The notes: generated by a model from the sequence alone, not told the origin. Positions 18,551-29,151 are shown, counted from the first letter of the stretch. The stretch: 64,000 nt of DNA from Acidobacteriota bacterium (GCA_965248695.1 CBDFKD010000002.1:2464001-2528000), one strand, 5' to 3'. Program-made: numbers and translations.

Positions 18551-19852
18551 ATGTGGCAAAGAGATCGTCCAACCCTGATGATCGCATTCTTGGCGCCGAT
18601 AGCAATGCTCGTGATCGCAGCCCTCAGCACGGTCACTGCCAGTGTGCTCGCGAGCTCGGGCCGAGTCTCTGAAGACTGGGCTCAGTGGAGAGGGCCGAAC
18701 CGTGATGGAATCGCCAGCCAGTTCACTCCGCCCACCAGCTGGCCGGAGAGACTAAACCGCGCCTGGCAGGTCGAAGTTGGAACCGGCCATTCGAGTCCTG
18801 TCGTCGTCGAGGATCGCGTCTACCTGCATGCCCGCAACGAGGAGGCTGACGAAGAGACTGTCTTTGCGCTGCAGTTGGGCACTGGAGAAACGGTCTGGAC
18901 CCGCTCCCAATCTGTACCCTATCGGATGCATCCGGCCGCGCTGGCCTTTGGCAAGGGCCCCGTTTCGACGCCTGTTGTCTGGGAGGGCAAGCTCTACACA
19001 CTGGGCAAGGCGAGCGTACTTTCTTGTTATGCGATCGAATCGGGTGAGTTGCTCTGGAGCGACGACTTCAGCTCTCAGTTTGTCGCTACCGTACCGTTGT
19101 TCGGCGCCGGGATGTCACCGCAAATCGAGGATGGGATGCTGTTGGTCCATTTGGGGGGGCCACAAAACGGCGCCTTCATGGCGTTGGATCCTCAAGACGG
19201 CAGCGTCATCTGGAGATTCAGAGGCGACGGTCCTAGCTATGTCTCACCGATCGTTGTCACACTTCAGGGACAGCGCCAGGTCATCACGCAGACCGACGCA
19301 CACATCGTCGGGTTGGCGCTGGAAGATGGCAAGCTCTTGTGGCGCATCCCCTTCAAGACCGAGTTTGATCAGAATGTAGTCACACCTCTCATAGCGGGCG
19401 AGCAACTGTTGTTGTCAGGTCTGTATCATCCGCTGTTCGCCATCGAGCTCGTACGAGACGAAGAGAGTTGGACACCCCAGCAGATCTGGAGCAACCCAGC
19501 ACTCTCGCTCTACATGAGCTCACCGGTAATGGTCGGCGATCGTGTCTTCGGAATGACCCACCGGCGAAAAGGTCAGTTCTTTGCGGTGGACCCGGCCACT
19601 GGCGAAACTCTCTGGACGAGTATCGGTAGAGACGGACAGAACGCCTCCCTGGTGGTTGTCGGCGACCTGATCGCATTCCTGACGGAGGAGGCGCAGCTCT
19701 TTTTGATCGATCCGGACGCGGAGGAGTTCGCGCCGCTGCGCGACTACGAGGTTGCGGACAGCCCGACCTGGGCGCATCCGGTCTTCACGAACGCGGGGAT
19801 CCTGATCAAAGACTACTCCACGCTGGCGTTATGGCAGATTCCGGAAGCGTAA
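18551..19852 (+). CDS. PQQ/BamB-like beta-propeller protein
   Basis: DWAQWRGPNRDG, GHSSPVV, TWAHPV. Confidence 0.85.
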   Translation: MWQRDRPTLMIAFLAPIAMLVIAALSTVTASVLASSGRVSEDWAQWRGPNRDGIASQFTPPTSWPERLNRAWQVEVGTGHSSPVVVEDRVYLHARNEEADEETVFALQLGTGETVWTRSQSVPYRMHPAALAFGKGPVSTPVVWEGKLYTLGKASVLSCYAIESGELLWSDDFSSQFVATVPLFGAGMSPQIEDGMLLVHLGGPQNGAFMALDPQDGSVIWRFRGDGPSYVSPIVVTLQGQRQVITQTDAHIVGLALEDGKLLWRIPFKTEFDQNVVTPLIAGEQLLLSGLYHPLFAIELVRDEESWTPQQIWSNPALSLYMSSPVMVGDRVFGMTHRRKGQFFAVDPATGETLWTSIGRDGQNASLVVVGDLIAFLTEEAQLFLIDPDAEEFAPLRDYEVADSPTWAHPVFTNAGILIKDYSTLALWQIPEA

Positions 19853-19867
19853 TCCGCGACGGAGCCT

Positions 19868-20941
19868 TTATCGTTCAGCCCCCAAATCTCCAGCGCTGAC
19901 GCTGACAGCATAGATCTCGCCGTTTTCATCGCGCTCGCTCACAAACGCGAGCCGCGAGCTGTCCGGCGACCAGACTGGACTGTCATCGGCACTGTCGTTG
20001 CGGGTCAGATTGGTTTGCCCCCCGCCGTCCGAGCGCATCAGATAAACCTCGGCGTTGCCATCCCGCTCGCTGACAAACGCGATCATGCTCCCATCGGGTG
20101 ACCAGACCGGGTTGCGATCAACCGCCTTACTGTCGGTCAGATTGGTCACCTCACCGCTCTGAACGTCGATTACTGCGACATCGCTCTGGGCAAGGGCCGC
20201 GCTGGTGTCAAAGAGAATCTTGGTGCCATCCGGCGACCAAGAGGAGTGATCCTCTTCGCTCGGGCGATTGGTCAGATTGATCTGCTCTGCCCCGCCATCG
20301 TCCATTACATAGATTTCGCGGTTTCCATCACGTTCGCTGATAAAGGTGATCTGTAAGCCATCGGGTGACCAGGCTGGGTCGCGGTTGCCGAGGCCATTCT
20401 CCGTCAGGTTCAGGTACTTGCCGTACCACGCGACATAGTCGGTACCGTCGGAATCCATGATGAAGATGTCACCATTGCCAAGCCGTCCCGTGCTCCCTGC
20501 GAACGCAATCATCTCACCGCTCGGTGACCAGACCGGGGTCGCGTTGATGTACGTGCTTCTCGAGAGCACGTCGGCTTCGGTGCCGTCGGCGTTCATCACG
20601 TAGTTCCAGCCTGTTGTACTGCCATGCCGATCGGACTCGAAGCCGATCTTTGTGCTATCGGTGGACCAGATCGGAGCCCAGTCGTCGAATTCACTGTTTG
20701 AGACGTTGATCTGCCCGGTACCGTCCGCGTTCATCACGTAGATCTCGCGGTTCTTGATGCCTCCGTCTCGATTCGAGACGAACGCGATCTTGGTGCCGTC
20801 CGGCGACCAAACCGGGTCGGCATCATAGGCAGGGTTTCTTGTCAAATTTGTGAGCTCAGGAGGGGCAGAGAACGCCACCGAGATTCCAAGAGCGAAGAGG
20901 ATACCGAAGGCACCCACGAAACTACTATTTCGATCTGACAT
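19868..20941 (-). CDS. TolB-like PD40-repeat secreted protein
   Basis: Repeated PxWSPDGxxIAFxSxRDG. Confidence 0.9.
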   Translation of the reverse strand: MSDRNSSFVGAFGILFALGISVAFSAPPELTNLTRNPAYDADPVWSPDGTKIAFVSNRDGGIKNREIYVMNADGTGQINVSNSEFDDWAPIWSTDSTKIGFESDRHGSTTGWNYVMNADGTEADVLSRSTYINATPVWSPSGEMIAFAGSTGRLGNGDIFIMDSDGTDYVAWYGKYLNLTENGLGNRDPAWSPDGLQITFISERDGNREIYVMDDGGAEQINLTNRPSEEDHSSWSPDGTKILFDTSAALAQSDVAVIDVQSGEVTNLTDSKAVDRNPVWSPDGSMIAFVSERDGNAEVYLMRSDGGGQTNLTRNDSADDSPVWSPDSSRLAFVSERDENGEIYAVSVSAGDLGAER

Positions 20942-20968
20942 GGGCGGACGCCTCCCTCGGTGAGGCTG

Positions 20969-21409
20969 CTACTGTCCTTCGACAGCGTGCAACTCGATCC
21001 ACAGCTCCGCAATCTTGCCGTTTTCGATGCGCACGATGTCGATTCCCTCGTAAGTTGCCTGCTCTCCAGACTCCCGGACCCCAGTCATGGTCCAGTGGAA
21101 TGCGACCAAGTTTCCCTCTGCCACAACATTGTCGTGTTCGAAATCCATGCTCGTCGGAAAGGCCCTGTGATCTACCAGGGCGATTTGTCTGGCCTTCTCA
21201 CGCCCTGTGACATCTGGGGACCCGTAATGAATAACGGGATTGGCCGTGAAGATCTCATCGATCAATGCCAGATTCTTCCCCTGAATGACCTCCATGTGGA
21301 AGCGATCTGCCAGAGCCTTGTTCTTTTCTAGCGCATCCGTGCTCTGCGCAAATGCCAAAGCACCGTGTGCGACAACAGCAACAACCACTATGCTGATTGC
21401 TCTTTTCAT
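20969..21409 (-). CDS. SnoaL-like/ester cyclase family secreted protein
   Basis: NKALADRF, VVAEGNLVA, RIENGKIAELW. Confidence 0.8.
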   Translation of the reverse strand: MKRAISIVVVAVVAHGALAFAQSTDALEKNKALADRFHMEVIQGKNLALIDEIFTANPVIHYGSPDVTGREKARQIALVDHRAFPTSMDFEHDNVVAEGNLVAFHWTMTGVRESGEQATYEGIDIVRIENGKIAELWIELHAVEGQ

Positions 21410-21491
21410 CACCCTACCTCGTCTAACGTGTACCGAGATCGTTACAAGTCGTTTCTTCCTACCGTGCAAATAAGTCTCTTACGGCCTCGCG

Positions 21492-22829
21492 TTAGGAGAC
21501 GACAATCAGCTCCGGTGCCATCGTCGTGAGCGAGCGGCATCCGCCCTTCTCGTAGATGAAGGTATCGATCAGCCCCGTGGTGCCGGTCGCGAAACTCTCG
21601 TAGTTGCTCACCTGGCGCTCTTGCATGACCCAATCCGAGCGATCCTCCTCGCCCACGGTGAAGGTCCACCAGCCGCACCAATCCGGCGGAAAGCTGATCC
21701 CCAGCTCATAGCCACCGAGCCAGCCATCGATCTTGCCCTGCTGGGCCAGCTGCCAGGCGCCGGTCTCCTTGTAGAACTCCCGCAGGGTCCGCGTCAGCTC
21801 GTTGAGCGGCAGGCCGGGCTTGCCGGTAGCGTGCACAACGTCCATGGCCCGGCCGTTCATCGCGTACAGATCCACCAGCTCCTTGGGCGGCTCACCGACG
21901 AAAAAGGCCCGGCAGGTGTTGCAGTGGTAGCGATTCTTGACCCCGCAGACATCGACGACGACGTGATCGACCTCCTGGATCACGCGCTCCGATGCAATGC
22001 CGTGGATGAAATGGTTGCCCCCTGCCTTGACGGCGCACAGCAGGCCCGACATCCCACCGCCGGCACGGGTCATGGCGCGCACGATCTCGCCGTAGAGCTC
22101 TAGCTCCGTCATACCGGGCCGGACGGTGTCCTTGGCCGCCTGCAGGCCGATATCGGCGATGCGGCCCGCCTCCTCGACCACCTCGATCTCGGCCGGCGAC
22201 TTGTGCACCTTGACGTCGTTCATGACGTCGGAAGCGTCGATGAGCTCGCAACCCCGATCGCTGAACACCGCCTCGATCTGCTTCATATGGAGGGGCCGCG
22301 GACGATAGCTGTTGTACTGCAGCCCCACGGTGCCGTTGAGCCACCCGGCCGCCTCCAGCTCCATGACGTGCCCCTCGCAGGCGCGCTCCCCACCGGGTCG
22401 GGGAAGCCGGATATCGGTGGCGACGGAGGTCGCCGCCATGAGCTCGTCGTGGCTGTCGAAGTGGATGAGGTCGTCGTGGTCGACGTGCACGGCGGTGATC
22501 GAGCTCGGCGCCCAGCTCTTCGGGCAGTTCTGTTGATACCAGCTCAGCTCCAGACCGTGCAGGTAACACATGTCTTCGGGCATGGTGACGAACAACATGT
22601 CGATGTTGTCCTTCGCCATCCGATCCCGCACGCGACGCAACCGTTCCTGATACTCAGCCTTGGAGAACGGCGGTGGCGGATGGGCACCGGTCGTGTTTCC
22701 GGGCACCACCGAGCGGGGCGTGAAGCTGCCGCTCGGGGCCGCGTTCACCGTGCCAGAGGTGAGCATTCCCGCTGTTGTCGCTGCCGACGTTGCAAGAAAC
22801 GCGCGTCGATCGATCTCACGCTTAGCCAT
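21492..22829 (-). CDS. M24 creatinase/DoeA-like hydrolase with Tat signal
   Basis: DRRAFL; FSKAEYQERL; KSPAEI; GYELGISFPPDW; GGAG before ATG. Confidence 0.85.
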   Translation of the reverse strand: MAKREIDRRAFLATSAATTAGMLTSGTVNAAPSGSFTPRSVVPGNTTGAHPPPPFSKAEYQERLRRVRDRMAKDNIDMLFVTMPEDMCYLHGLELSWYQQNCPKSWAPSSITAVHVDHDDLIHFDSHDELMAATSVATDIRLPRPGGERACEGHVMELEAAGWLNGTVGLQYNSYRPRPLHMKQIEAVFSDRGCELIDASDVMNDVKVHKSPAEIEVVEEAGRIADIGLQAAKDTVRPGMTELELYGEIVRAMTRAGGGMSGLLCAVKAGGNHFIHGIASERVIQEVDHVVVDVCGVKNRYHCNTCRAFFVGEPPKELVDLYAMNGRAMDVVHATGKPGLPLNELTRTLREFYKETGAWQLAQQGKIDGWLGGYELGISFPPDWCGWWTFTVGEEDRSDWVMQERQVSNYESFATGTTGLIDTFIYEKGGCRSLTTMAPELIVVS

Positions 22830-22854
22830 CTCGCCTCCGTGGGGTGGGGTGCAT

Positions 22855-22896
22855 TGATCGTAGGGGCCTAGTGTGCTGCCGGCCCATGGCGTTACC
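22855..22896 (-). pseudogene. Kinase 5' remnant (AGSTLGPY)
   Basis: tgatcgtaggggcctagtgtgctgccggcccatggcgttacc resembles 3891-3936. Confidence 0.6.
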
Positions 22897-23163
22897 CAAG
22901 CAGGGTTGAGCGCCCGAAGTCTATCGCCGGTGCGCGCGGGGATCCAATGGAGAAGGACCACCGCGCTGCGCTTAGTCCGCAAGAAGGTCCTGCTAGACGG
23001 TTTCCTGTTTCAAGCCTTGGGCGCCCTTGCTCGTCGACGAGTTTCAACAGCCCGGCAAGTAACCCCACTTTAGCGGGCGTCAATGGTCAGGCGAGGCCTC
23101 GCAATCTAGAATGCAGAGCCTGATTGTGGTCTTTTTTCAAGTTTGCGCGGGAGGCATATATCC

Positions 23164-25242
23164 ATGCGACGCACGCTCCTCTGCCTCGGTCTGTCACTCG
23201 TCGGCACTGTTTCGGTCGCAGTCCAGGTGTTCGCTCAAGGGCGCCCGTTGGCTCTCGAGGACTACTACCGGGTGAAATCGGTCGGCGACCTACAGATCTC
23301 GCCGGACGCGGAGTGGGTCGCCTACACCGTCTCCGTCCGCATCGAGGAGACGAACGAGACCGAGACCGAGTCGTGGATCGTCCGGGCTGACGGATCCGGT
23401 GAGCCCGTGCGCGTTCAGCACACGGGTGCAGACGTGGCGGATCCGGAGTGGGCCGAGGACGGCCGCCTGCGCTTCACTCACCAGGAGGCTCGTTGGCTCG
23501 TCGATCCCGCTAGATCCACACAGCTCGCAGTCCGTGACCGAAGCTTCACGCCCGAGGGTGACGTGAGCCCGGACGGCCGCTGGGTGGCCCGCACACAAGA
23601 CATGGAGCTACCGAAGCCCCCAGAGCCGGAGATGACGGAGTTCGAACGGCGGCACCAGGCGAGGTTCGTGGGCGAGGACTTCGACTGGTATCCGTTCAGG
23701 CGCGACGGGCGGGCGTTCCCGCTACCCGCACCAGACGAGGCGCCGCTGACGGAGATCTTCATCGATCCCCTCGAGGGGGGCGCCCCGGCGCGACAGCTCA
23801 CGCGTCTCGGGCTGCGGCCCGGCAACCTCAGTTGGAACCCCGACGGGAGGAGCTTGCTGTTCACCGCCGATGAATCCGTGCTCGACGAGCTGGCGTATGG
23901 CAGGTCGGATCTCTTCCTGGTCACGATCGAGGGACAGCTCACACGAGTCACCGACGACGGCTACGTGCACTCGGGGGTGAGCTCTTCGCCGGATGGACGC
24001 TGGATCACGTACGTCCGCACCTTCGGCACGGACATGATCACGCAGCAAGACCTTCGACACGGTGGGCCCCGCGATCTCTACATTCGGCCTGCCGGTGGTG
24101 GCGAACCCGTGAACCTGACGGAGGACTGGGATCTCGACGCCGGCTCGCCGATGTGGTCTCCGGACAGCCGCTACATGTACTTCACCACCGGTATCGGGGG
24201 TGCGCGCCACCTTTTCCGTGTGTCTCCTGAGGGCGGTGAAGTAGAACAGCTGACGACGGGCCAACGTCGCATCGGAGATCTCGACATCGATCCGGCGTTC
24301 CAACGCATGACCTACACCGTAGGAGAGTTCGAACGGCCTTCCGAGGTCTACGTCGCGGACATCGACGGGCGCAACGAGCGCCGGCTCACCGACGTGCACG
24401 CCGAGTTTCTCGCCGAGGTCGAGCTCGCGAGTCGCCCGTCGGAGAGGATCCTCTACGAGAGCTTCGACGGGACACCGGTCGAGGGATTCCTGCTCTATCC
24501 ACACGACTACGACCCGCAGGGATCGTACCCGCTCATCGTCGTGAACCACGGGGGGCCGCACTCCGCCTCGGGGTACGGATTCAACTTCAAGAACCTGTAC
24601 TTCACGGCGAACGGCTACTTCGTGTTCCTTGCCAACTTCCGCAGCTCGACGGGCTACGGGGACGACTTCAAGTGGGGTACGTGGGCAGGATGGGGGACGA
24701 ACGACGGCGAGGATGTGCTCGCCGGCGTGGACCATCTGATCGAGCGGTATCCCGTGGATCGGGCCCGAGTGGGCTCGACGGGTCATTCGTACGGTGGGAT
24801 CCTGACCAATTGGCTCATCACCCGGTACCCGGACCGCTTCAGGGCAGCAGTTTCCGGTGCCGGCGCCTCCAACTGGACGAGCAACTACGCTTTGTCCGAC
24901 GTCGCGCGCACGAAGGAGCTCGAGTTCCTCGGGCCCCCGTGGGACCCCGAGGCGCGTGATGTCATGATCCGGCAGTCTGCCTACCTCAACTCGGGAGGTG
25001 TGCAGGCGGCGACGCTCTTCGTGCACGGGTCAGTGGACTATCGCGTGCCGCTCGAAGGTGCCATCCAGCTCTACACGTCGCTCAAGAAGCAGCGTGTACC
25101 CACGAGGCTCGTCATCTACGAAGGGATGGCGCACGGAATCCGTGGCCACTGGAACAACGTGCACCGCATGATGACCGAGCTGGGGTGGTGGGAGAAGTAC
25201 CTAAAGCCGACGACAACCGCGCAGTTGATCGGTCGCAAGTAG
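23164..25242 (+). CDS. S9 family peptidase
   Basis: HGGPH, GHSYGG, DYRVP, HG; N-terminal propeller; signal peptide. Confidence 0.92.
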   Translation: MRRTLLCLGLSLVGTVSVAVQVFAQGRPLALEDYYRVKSVGDLQISPDAEWVAYTVSVRIEETNETETESWIVRADGSGEPVRVQHTGADVADPEWAEDGRLRFTHQEARWLVDPARSTQLAVRDRSFTPEGDVSPDGRWVARTQDMELPKPPEPEMTEFERRHQARFVGEDFDWYPFRRDGRAFPLPAPDEAPLTEIFIDPLEGGAPARQLTRLGLRPGNLSWNPDGRSLLFTADESVLDELAYGRSDLFLVTIEGQLTRVTDDGYVHSGVSSSPDGRWITYVRTFGTDMITQQDLRHGGPRDLYIRPAGGGEPVNLTEDWDLDAGSPMWSPDSRYMYFTTGIGGARHLFRVSPEGGEVEQLTTGQRRIGDLDIDPAFQRMTYTVGEFERPSEVYVADIDGRNERRLTDVHAEFLAEVELASRPSERILYESFDGTPVEGFLLYPHDYDPQGSYPLIVVNHGGPHSASGYGFNFKNLYFTANGYFVFLANFRSSTGYGDDFKWGTWAGWGTNDGEDVLAGVDHLIERYPVDRARVGSTGHSYGGILTNWLITRYPDRFRAAVSGAGASNWTSNYALSDVARTKELEFLGPPWDPEARDVMIRQSAYLNSGGVQAATLFVHGSVDYRVPLEGAIQLYTSLKKQRVPTRLVIYEGMAHGIRGHWNNVHRMMTELGWWEKYLKPTTTAQLIGRK

Positions 25243-25322
25243 GTCGGAGGGGCCGCTCTTGTGGCAGGAGTACCGACCTGCGGTACGAAGCGGTGTTGCA
25301 CTCTCACTGCGAGGAATGCCAC

Positions 25323-25661
25323 ATGGCGACATTCGATGATTTCATGAGGATCGACATCCGCGTCGGAACGATCGTTGCTGTTGATCCGTTTCCTCGTGCT
25401 CGCAATCCCTCCTACAAGGTCACCGTGGATTTCGGCGATTCAGACATCGGTTCTAAACGCTCTGTTGCACAGGCGACGAATTACACAGAGGAAGAACTGC
25501 TCAACCTCCAAGTGCTCTGCGTTGTCAATTTCGAGCCGAAGAACATCGCCGGGTTCATGTCGGAGGTTTTGGTCCTGGGTGCTCCGTCAAGCGAGAATCC
25601 CGAGGTGGTGTCGCTGTTGACGACGAGCCGGCGCGCCGGACTCGGCGGCAGAGTCTACTGA
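25323..25661 (+). CDS. csaA: tRNA-binding/export chaperone CsaA-like
   Basis: DIRVGTI, VVNFEPKNIAGFMSEVLVLG. Confidence 0.85.
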   Translation: MATFDDFMRIDIRVGTIVAVDPFPRARNPSYKVTVDFGDSDIGSKRSVAQATNYTEEELLNLQVLCVVNFEPKNIAGFMSEVLVLGAPSSENPEVVSLLTTSRRAGLGGRVY

Positions 25662-25770
25662 CGCGAAAAGTGCCTTTGCAGAGTTTGACCCCGAGCGACC
25701 GGCGCCGTCACGACACGCCCCGGACGCGTCGCGACATCCCTCCGACGCTTTAGTGCACGCTGCGGACGCG

Positions 25771-25870
25771 TCAGTCCCCCGCCTTGACGATCTCCTTCAG
25801 GTATCTGCTCGCCTCTTGCCGCAGCGGACGCGTCGGGCGCGAACGCTGCCGTGGCGAACGCGTCGGTCAT
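25771..25870 (-). pseudogene. Collapsed Rieske oxygenase gene (termini only)
   Basis: YLKEIVKAGD* vs YMKEVVQAGD* at 49141; upstream AFATAAFA resembles TFATSSVA. Confidence 0.55.
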
Positions 25871-26020
25871 GGCTCACGCCGGGTCGCCTGCGCATGCGCT
25901 GCCTGACTTAAGCGCCGATCGGGAGTCGATAGAATCGCCGACCGTCCCTGATAGCCTACGGCATCGCGCTACGCAACAACCCTCGCGGCGGCAACGGGAT
26001 GCCGACCCCGGGCAGCAACG

Positions 26021-27679
26021 ATGGAGACAGCCATGAACGTGGCCCGCGCCGTGATCGAGATCCTGAAGCGCGAGGGCGTGGAGCTCGTCGTCGGCTATCC
26101 CGTGAACCCCGTCCTGGAGGCCGCGGCGGAGGCGGACGTGAGGCCCATCATCGTGCGCCAGGAGCGCACCGGGCTGCACATGGCGGACGCCATCGGTCGC
26201 CTGAGCTGCGGCGATCGGATCGGCGTCTTCGCCATGCAGCTCGGCCCGGGGACGGAAAACTCCTTCGGCGGGGTCGCGCAGGCCTATGCGGATTCGGCGC
26301 CCATCCTGGTATTGCCCAGCGGCTACCCGCGCGACCGCATGAACGTGGCGCCGAACTTCAGCGCCTGCGCGAACTTCCGCAACATCACCAAGCATAGCGA
26401 GCTGCTGCCAGGACCGGAGTTGCTCGCCGACACGATGCGGCGAGCGTTCGCGCAGCTGCGCAACGGCCGGCCGGGCCCGGTGCTAGTGGAGATCCCGGAC
26501 GACGTGTTCGAGGAAACCGTCGCCGAGCCGCTCGCCTACGATCCCGTGGTAGCCACGCGCTACGGGCCGGATCCCGACGCCGTCGCCGAGGTCGCCGCGG
26601 TGCTCTCGGCGGCGGAACGACCGGTGATCTACGCCGGGCAGGGCGTGCACTACGCCCGCGCCTGGGATCCGCTGCGGCGGCTCGCCGAGCGACTCGCGGC
26701 GCCGGTAACCACCAGCCTGCAGGGCAAGAGCGCGTTTCCCGAGAGCCACCCGCTGGCGCTCGGCTCCGGTGGGCTGGCCATGCCGCGCCCAGTACACAGC
26801 TTCCTGCGCGACGCCGACGTCATCTTCGGCATCGGCTGCAGCTTCACCCGCACCTGGTACGGGCTGGACATGCCCGCCGGCCCGACGATCGTGCACGCGA
26901 CCCTCGATCCCGCCGACCTGGACAAGGACCTGCGCGTGCACCATGCGCTGCTGGGTGATGCACGACTGACCCTCGACGCCCTGCTGGCCGAGTTGGGCGA
27001 CGGGCCGCATCCCCGCGCCGAGGAGCGTCGCTCGACGCTTCCCGGCCGTATCGCGACCACGAAAGAGGCCTGGCTGCGAGAGTGGGCGCCGCTTCGGAGC
27101 TCCGACGAGGTGCCCCTGTCACCCTACCGTGTGCTGCGAGAGCTGTCCGAGACCGTCGATCGCGACCGGACGGTGATCACCCACGACGCCGGCAGCCCGC
27201 GCGACCAGCTGTCGCCGTTCTGGGAGTGCGACGCCCCGCTGAGCTACATTGGCTGGGGCAAGACCACACAGCTGGGGTACGGCCTCGGCCTGGCCATGGG
27301 CGCCAAGCTCGCCGAGCCCGACAAGCTGTGCATCAACGTCTGGGGGGACGCCGCCATCGGCTTCACCGGCATGGACATCGAGACGGCAGTGCGCGAGCGC
27401 ATTCCCATCCTGTCGATCCTGCTCAACAACTTCTCCATGGCTATCGAGCTGCCCGTGATGCCGGTGGCGACGGAGAAGTACCGCAGCACCGACATCTCCG
27501 GCAACTACGCAGAGCTCGCCCGTGCGCTCGGCGCCTATGGCGAGCGCGTTACCGAGCCACGAGAGATCGCGCCGGCCATCCGTCGCGGCGTCGAGCAAAC
27601 GCGCGACGGAACCCCGGCGCTGCTGGAGTTCATCACCGCCAAGGAGACGCGCGTCTCCACCTTCGCAGATGGTTCCTGA
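26021..27679 (+). CDS. Thiamine diphosphate-dependent enzyme (acetolactate synthase-like)
   Basis: RQERTGLHMAD, GPG, GRPGPVLVEIP, GDAA..NN ThDP motif. Confidence 0.9.
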   Translation: METAMNVARAVIEILKREGVELVVGYPVNPVLEAAAEADVRPIIVRQERTGLHMADAIGRLSCGDRIGVFAMQLGPGTENSFGGVAQAYADSAPILVLPSGYPRDRMNVAPNFSACANFRNITKHSELLPGPELLADTMRRAFAQLRNGRPGPVLVEIPDDVFEETVAEPLAYDPVVATRYGPDPDAVAEVAAVLSAAERPVIYAGQGVHYARAWDPLRRLAERLAAPVTTSLQGKSAFPESHPLALGSGGLAMPRPVHSFLRDADVIFGIGCSFTRTWYGLDMPAGPTIVHATLDPADLDKDLRVHHALLGDARLTLDALLAELGDGPHPRAEERRSTLPGRIATTKEAWLREWAPLRSSDEVPLSPYRVLRELSETVDRDRTVITHDAGSPRDQLSPFWECDAPLSYIGWGKTTQLGYGLGLAMGAKLAEPDKLCINVWGDAAIGFTGMDIETAVRERIPILSILLNNFSMAIELPVMPVATEKYRSTDISGNYAELARALGAYGERVTEPREIAPAIRRGVEQTRDGTPALLEFITAKETRVSTFADGS

Positions 27680-27761
27680 TTGCCGGGGTAGTGGACTCTG
27701 TGGTGCAGGGGCACACAGGACCACAAAAGGTCCACGTTGGAGGAGTTGATAGACGGTCGCG

Positions 27762-28027
27762 TTAGGAGACGACAATCGGCTCCGGTGCCATCGTCGTGAG
27801 CGAGCCGCATCCATCTTTCTCGTAGATGAAGGTATCGATCAGCGCTGTGCTGCCGGTGGCGAAACTCTCGTAGTTGGTCACCTGGCGCTCTTGGAAGACC
27901 CAATCCGACCGATCTTCCTCGCCGACGGTGAATTCGAACCAACCGCACCAATCGGGGGGAAAGCTGATCCCCAGCTCATAGCCACCAAGCCAGCCCGGCC
28001 GTTCATCTCGTAGAGATCCTCAACTGG
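27762..28027 (-). pseudogene. 3' fragment of an M24 hydrolase paralog
   Basis: 27762-27995 is colinear with 21492-21725, then jumps to sequence like ~21850-21880. Confidence 0.9.
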
Positions 28028-28131
28028 TAGTCTGCAAGAAGGTATAGCCGAGCGGTCCCAACACCCCTGCCTTCAGGGGCCGAACCGCTTGCGTGAGCAG
28101 CGTGTGTCTATCGGTCACCAAGAGTACAAAA

Positions 28132-28620
28132 ATGGCTGATTCGTACAACATCCGACCAGTCGCCGCGGAGGACCACTCCGATTGGCTCACGCTGTGGCGG
28201 CATTACCTCGTCTTCTACGAGTCGTCACTACCTGAGGCCACAACGGCGCTGCTGTGGCGGCGATTGCTGGATCCGGAACACCCATTTCGCTGCTTCGTCG
28301 CCGTCGATACGAATACTCAGCGCCTAGTCGGGATTGTGCACTTCTTCGCACATCCTGATACCTGGGAGTCCGTGCTCGCCTGTTACCTGCAAGACCTGTA
28401 CGTCGACGAGCCCGCGCGGGGCGGCGGCGTGGGCGCCGCACTTATCGAAGCCGTTCGCGACGAATCGGAGCGTTGTGGTTGGGCCTCCGTCTACTGGCAT
28501 ACCATGCACGACAATACGCGGGCACGCGGGCTATACGACAAGCTCACCGGAGGGACGGATGGCTTTGTCACCTATCGGCTGAGCCGAACTCCGCCCCCGG
28601 CGGCAACGTCATCGGATTAA
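28132..28620 (+). CDS. GNAT N-acetyltransferase
   Basis: YLQDLYVDEPARGGGVGAALI, NTRARGLYDK. Confidence 0.9.
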   Translation: MADSYNIRPVAAEDHSDWLTLWRHYLVFYESSLPEATTALLWRRLLDPEHPFRCFVAVDTNTQRLVGIVHFFAHPDTWESVLACYLQDLYVDEPARGGGVGAALIEAVRDESERCGWASVYWHTMHDNTRARGLYDKLTGGTDGFVTYRLSRTPPPAATSSD

Positions 28621-28637
28621 ACCTAGAGGAGGAGAGG

Positions 28638-29057
28638 ATGGGCGCTTTGGAAAACGCCAAGAAGTTCTTGGAGGCTTGTGATGCGGCAGCGGGATGGGAG
28701 GCCTGTAAGGAGTATGTCGCTGATGGTGCGACGTTCAACGCGCAGAGTGAACCGCTGGTCGACATACACACGGTCGAGGCCTACTGCGAGTGGATGGATG
28801 GCTTTGGCAACGTGACGGTTCCCGGCAATAGCTACGACCTACACACCTCTTCTTATGACGACGCAACGAGAAACGCGGTTTTCTTCGCGACGTTTCACGC
28901 CACGCACTCTGGCGACGGTGGTCCGGTGCCTCCGACCAACAAGGCAACGAGCACACACTATGTCTACGTCCTGACCATGAACGAGAGCGACAAAGTCGAG
29001 CGCATGATCAAGATATGGAATGCCCCGTGGGCGATGAAGGAGCTCGGCTGGATGTAG
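28638..29057 (+). CDS. SnoaL/NTF2-like protein
   Basis: THSGDGGPVPPTNK, KIWNAPWAMKELGW; strong SD. Confidence 0.75.
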   Translation: MGALENAKKFLEACDAAAGWEACKEYVADGATFNAQSEPLVDIHTVEAYCEWMDGFGNVTVPGNSYDLHTSSYDDATRNAVFFATFHATHSGDGGPVPPTNKATSTHYVYVLTMNESDKVERMIKIWNAPWAMKELGWM

Positions 29058-29151
29058 CTTCCCGCCGTCCTCTCCTGAACGCTGAGGGACAGCAAGTCCC
29101 GGGGGTTCCGCGATCAGGTTCGCCCGGCCCACCGTTACGCAGGGGGACACC

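Noticed and set aside
27762-27995. Diversity-generating retroelement template for the M24 gene 3' end
   Set aside because: Differences are not adenine-specific, look mostly synonymous, and no reverse transcriptase is present
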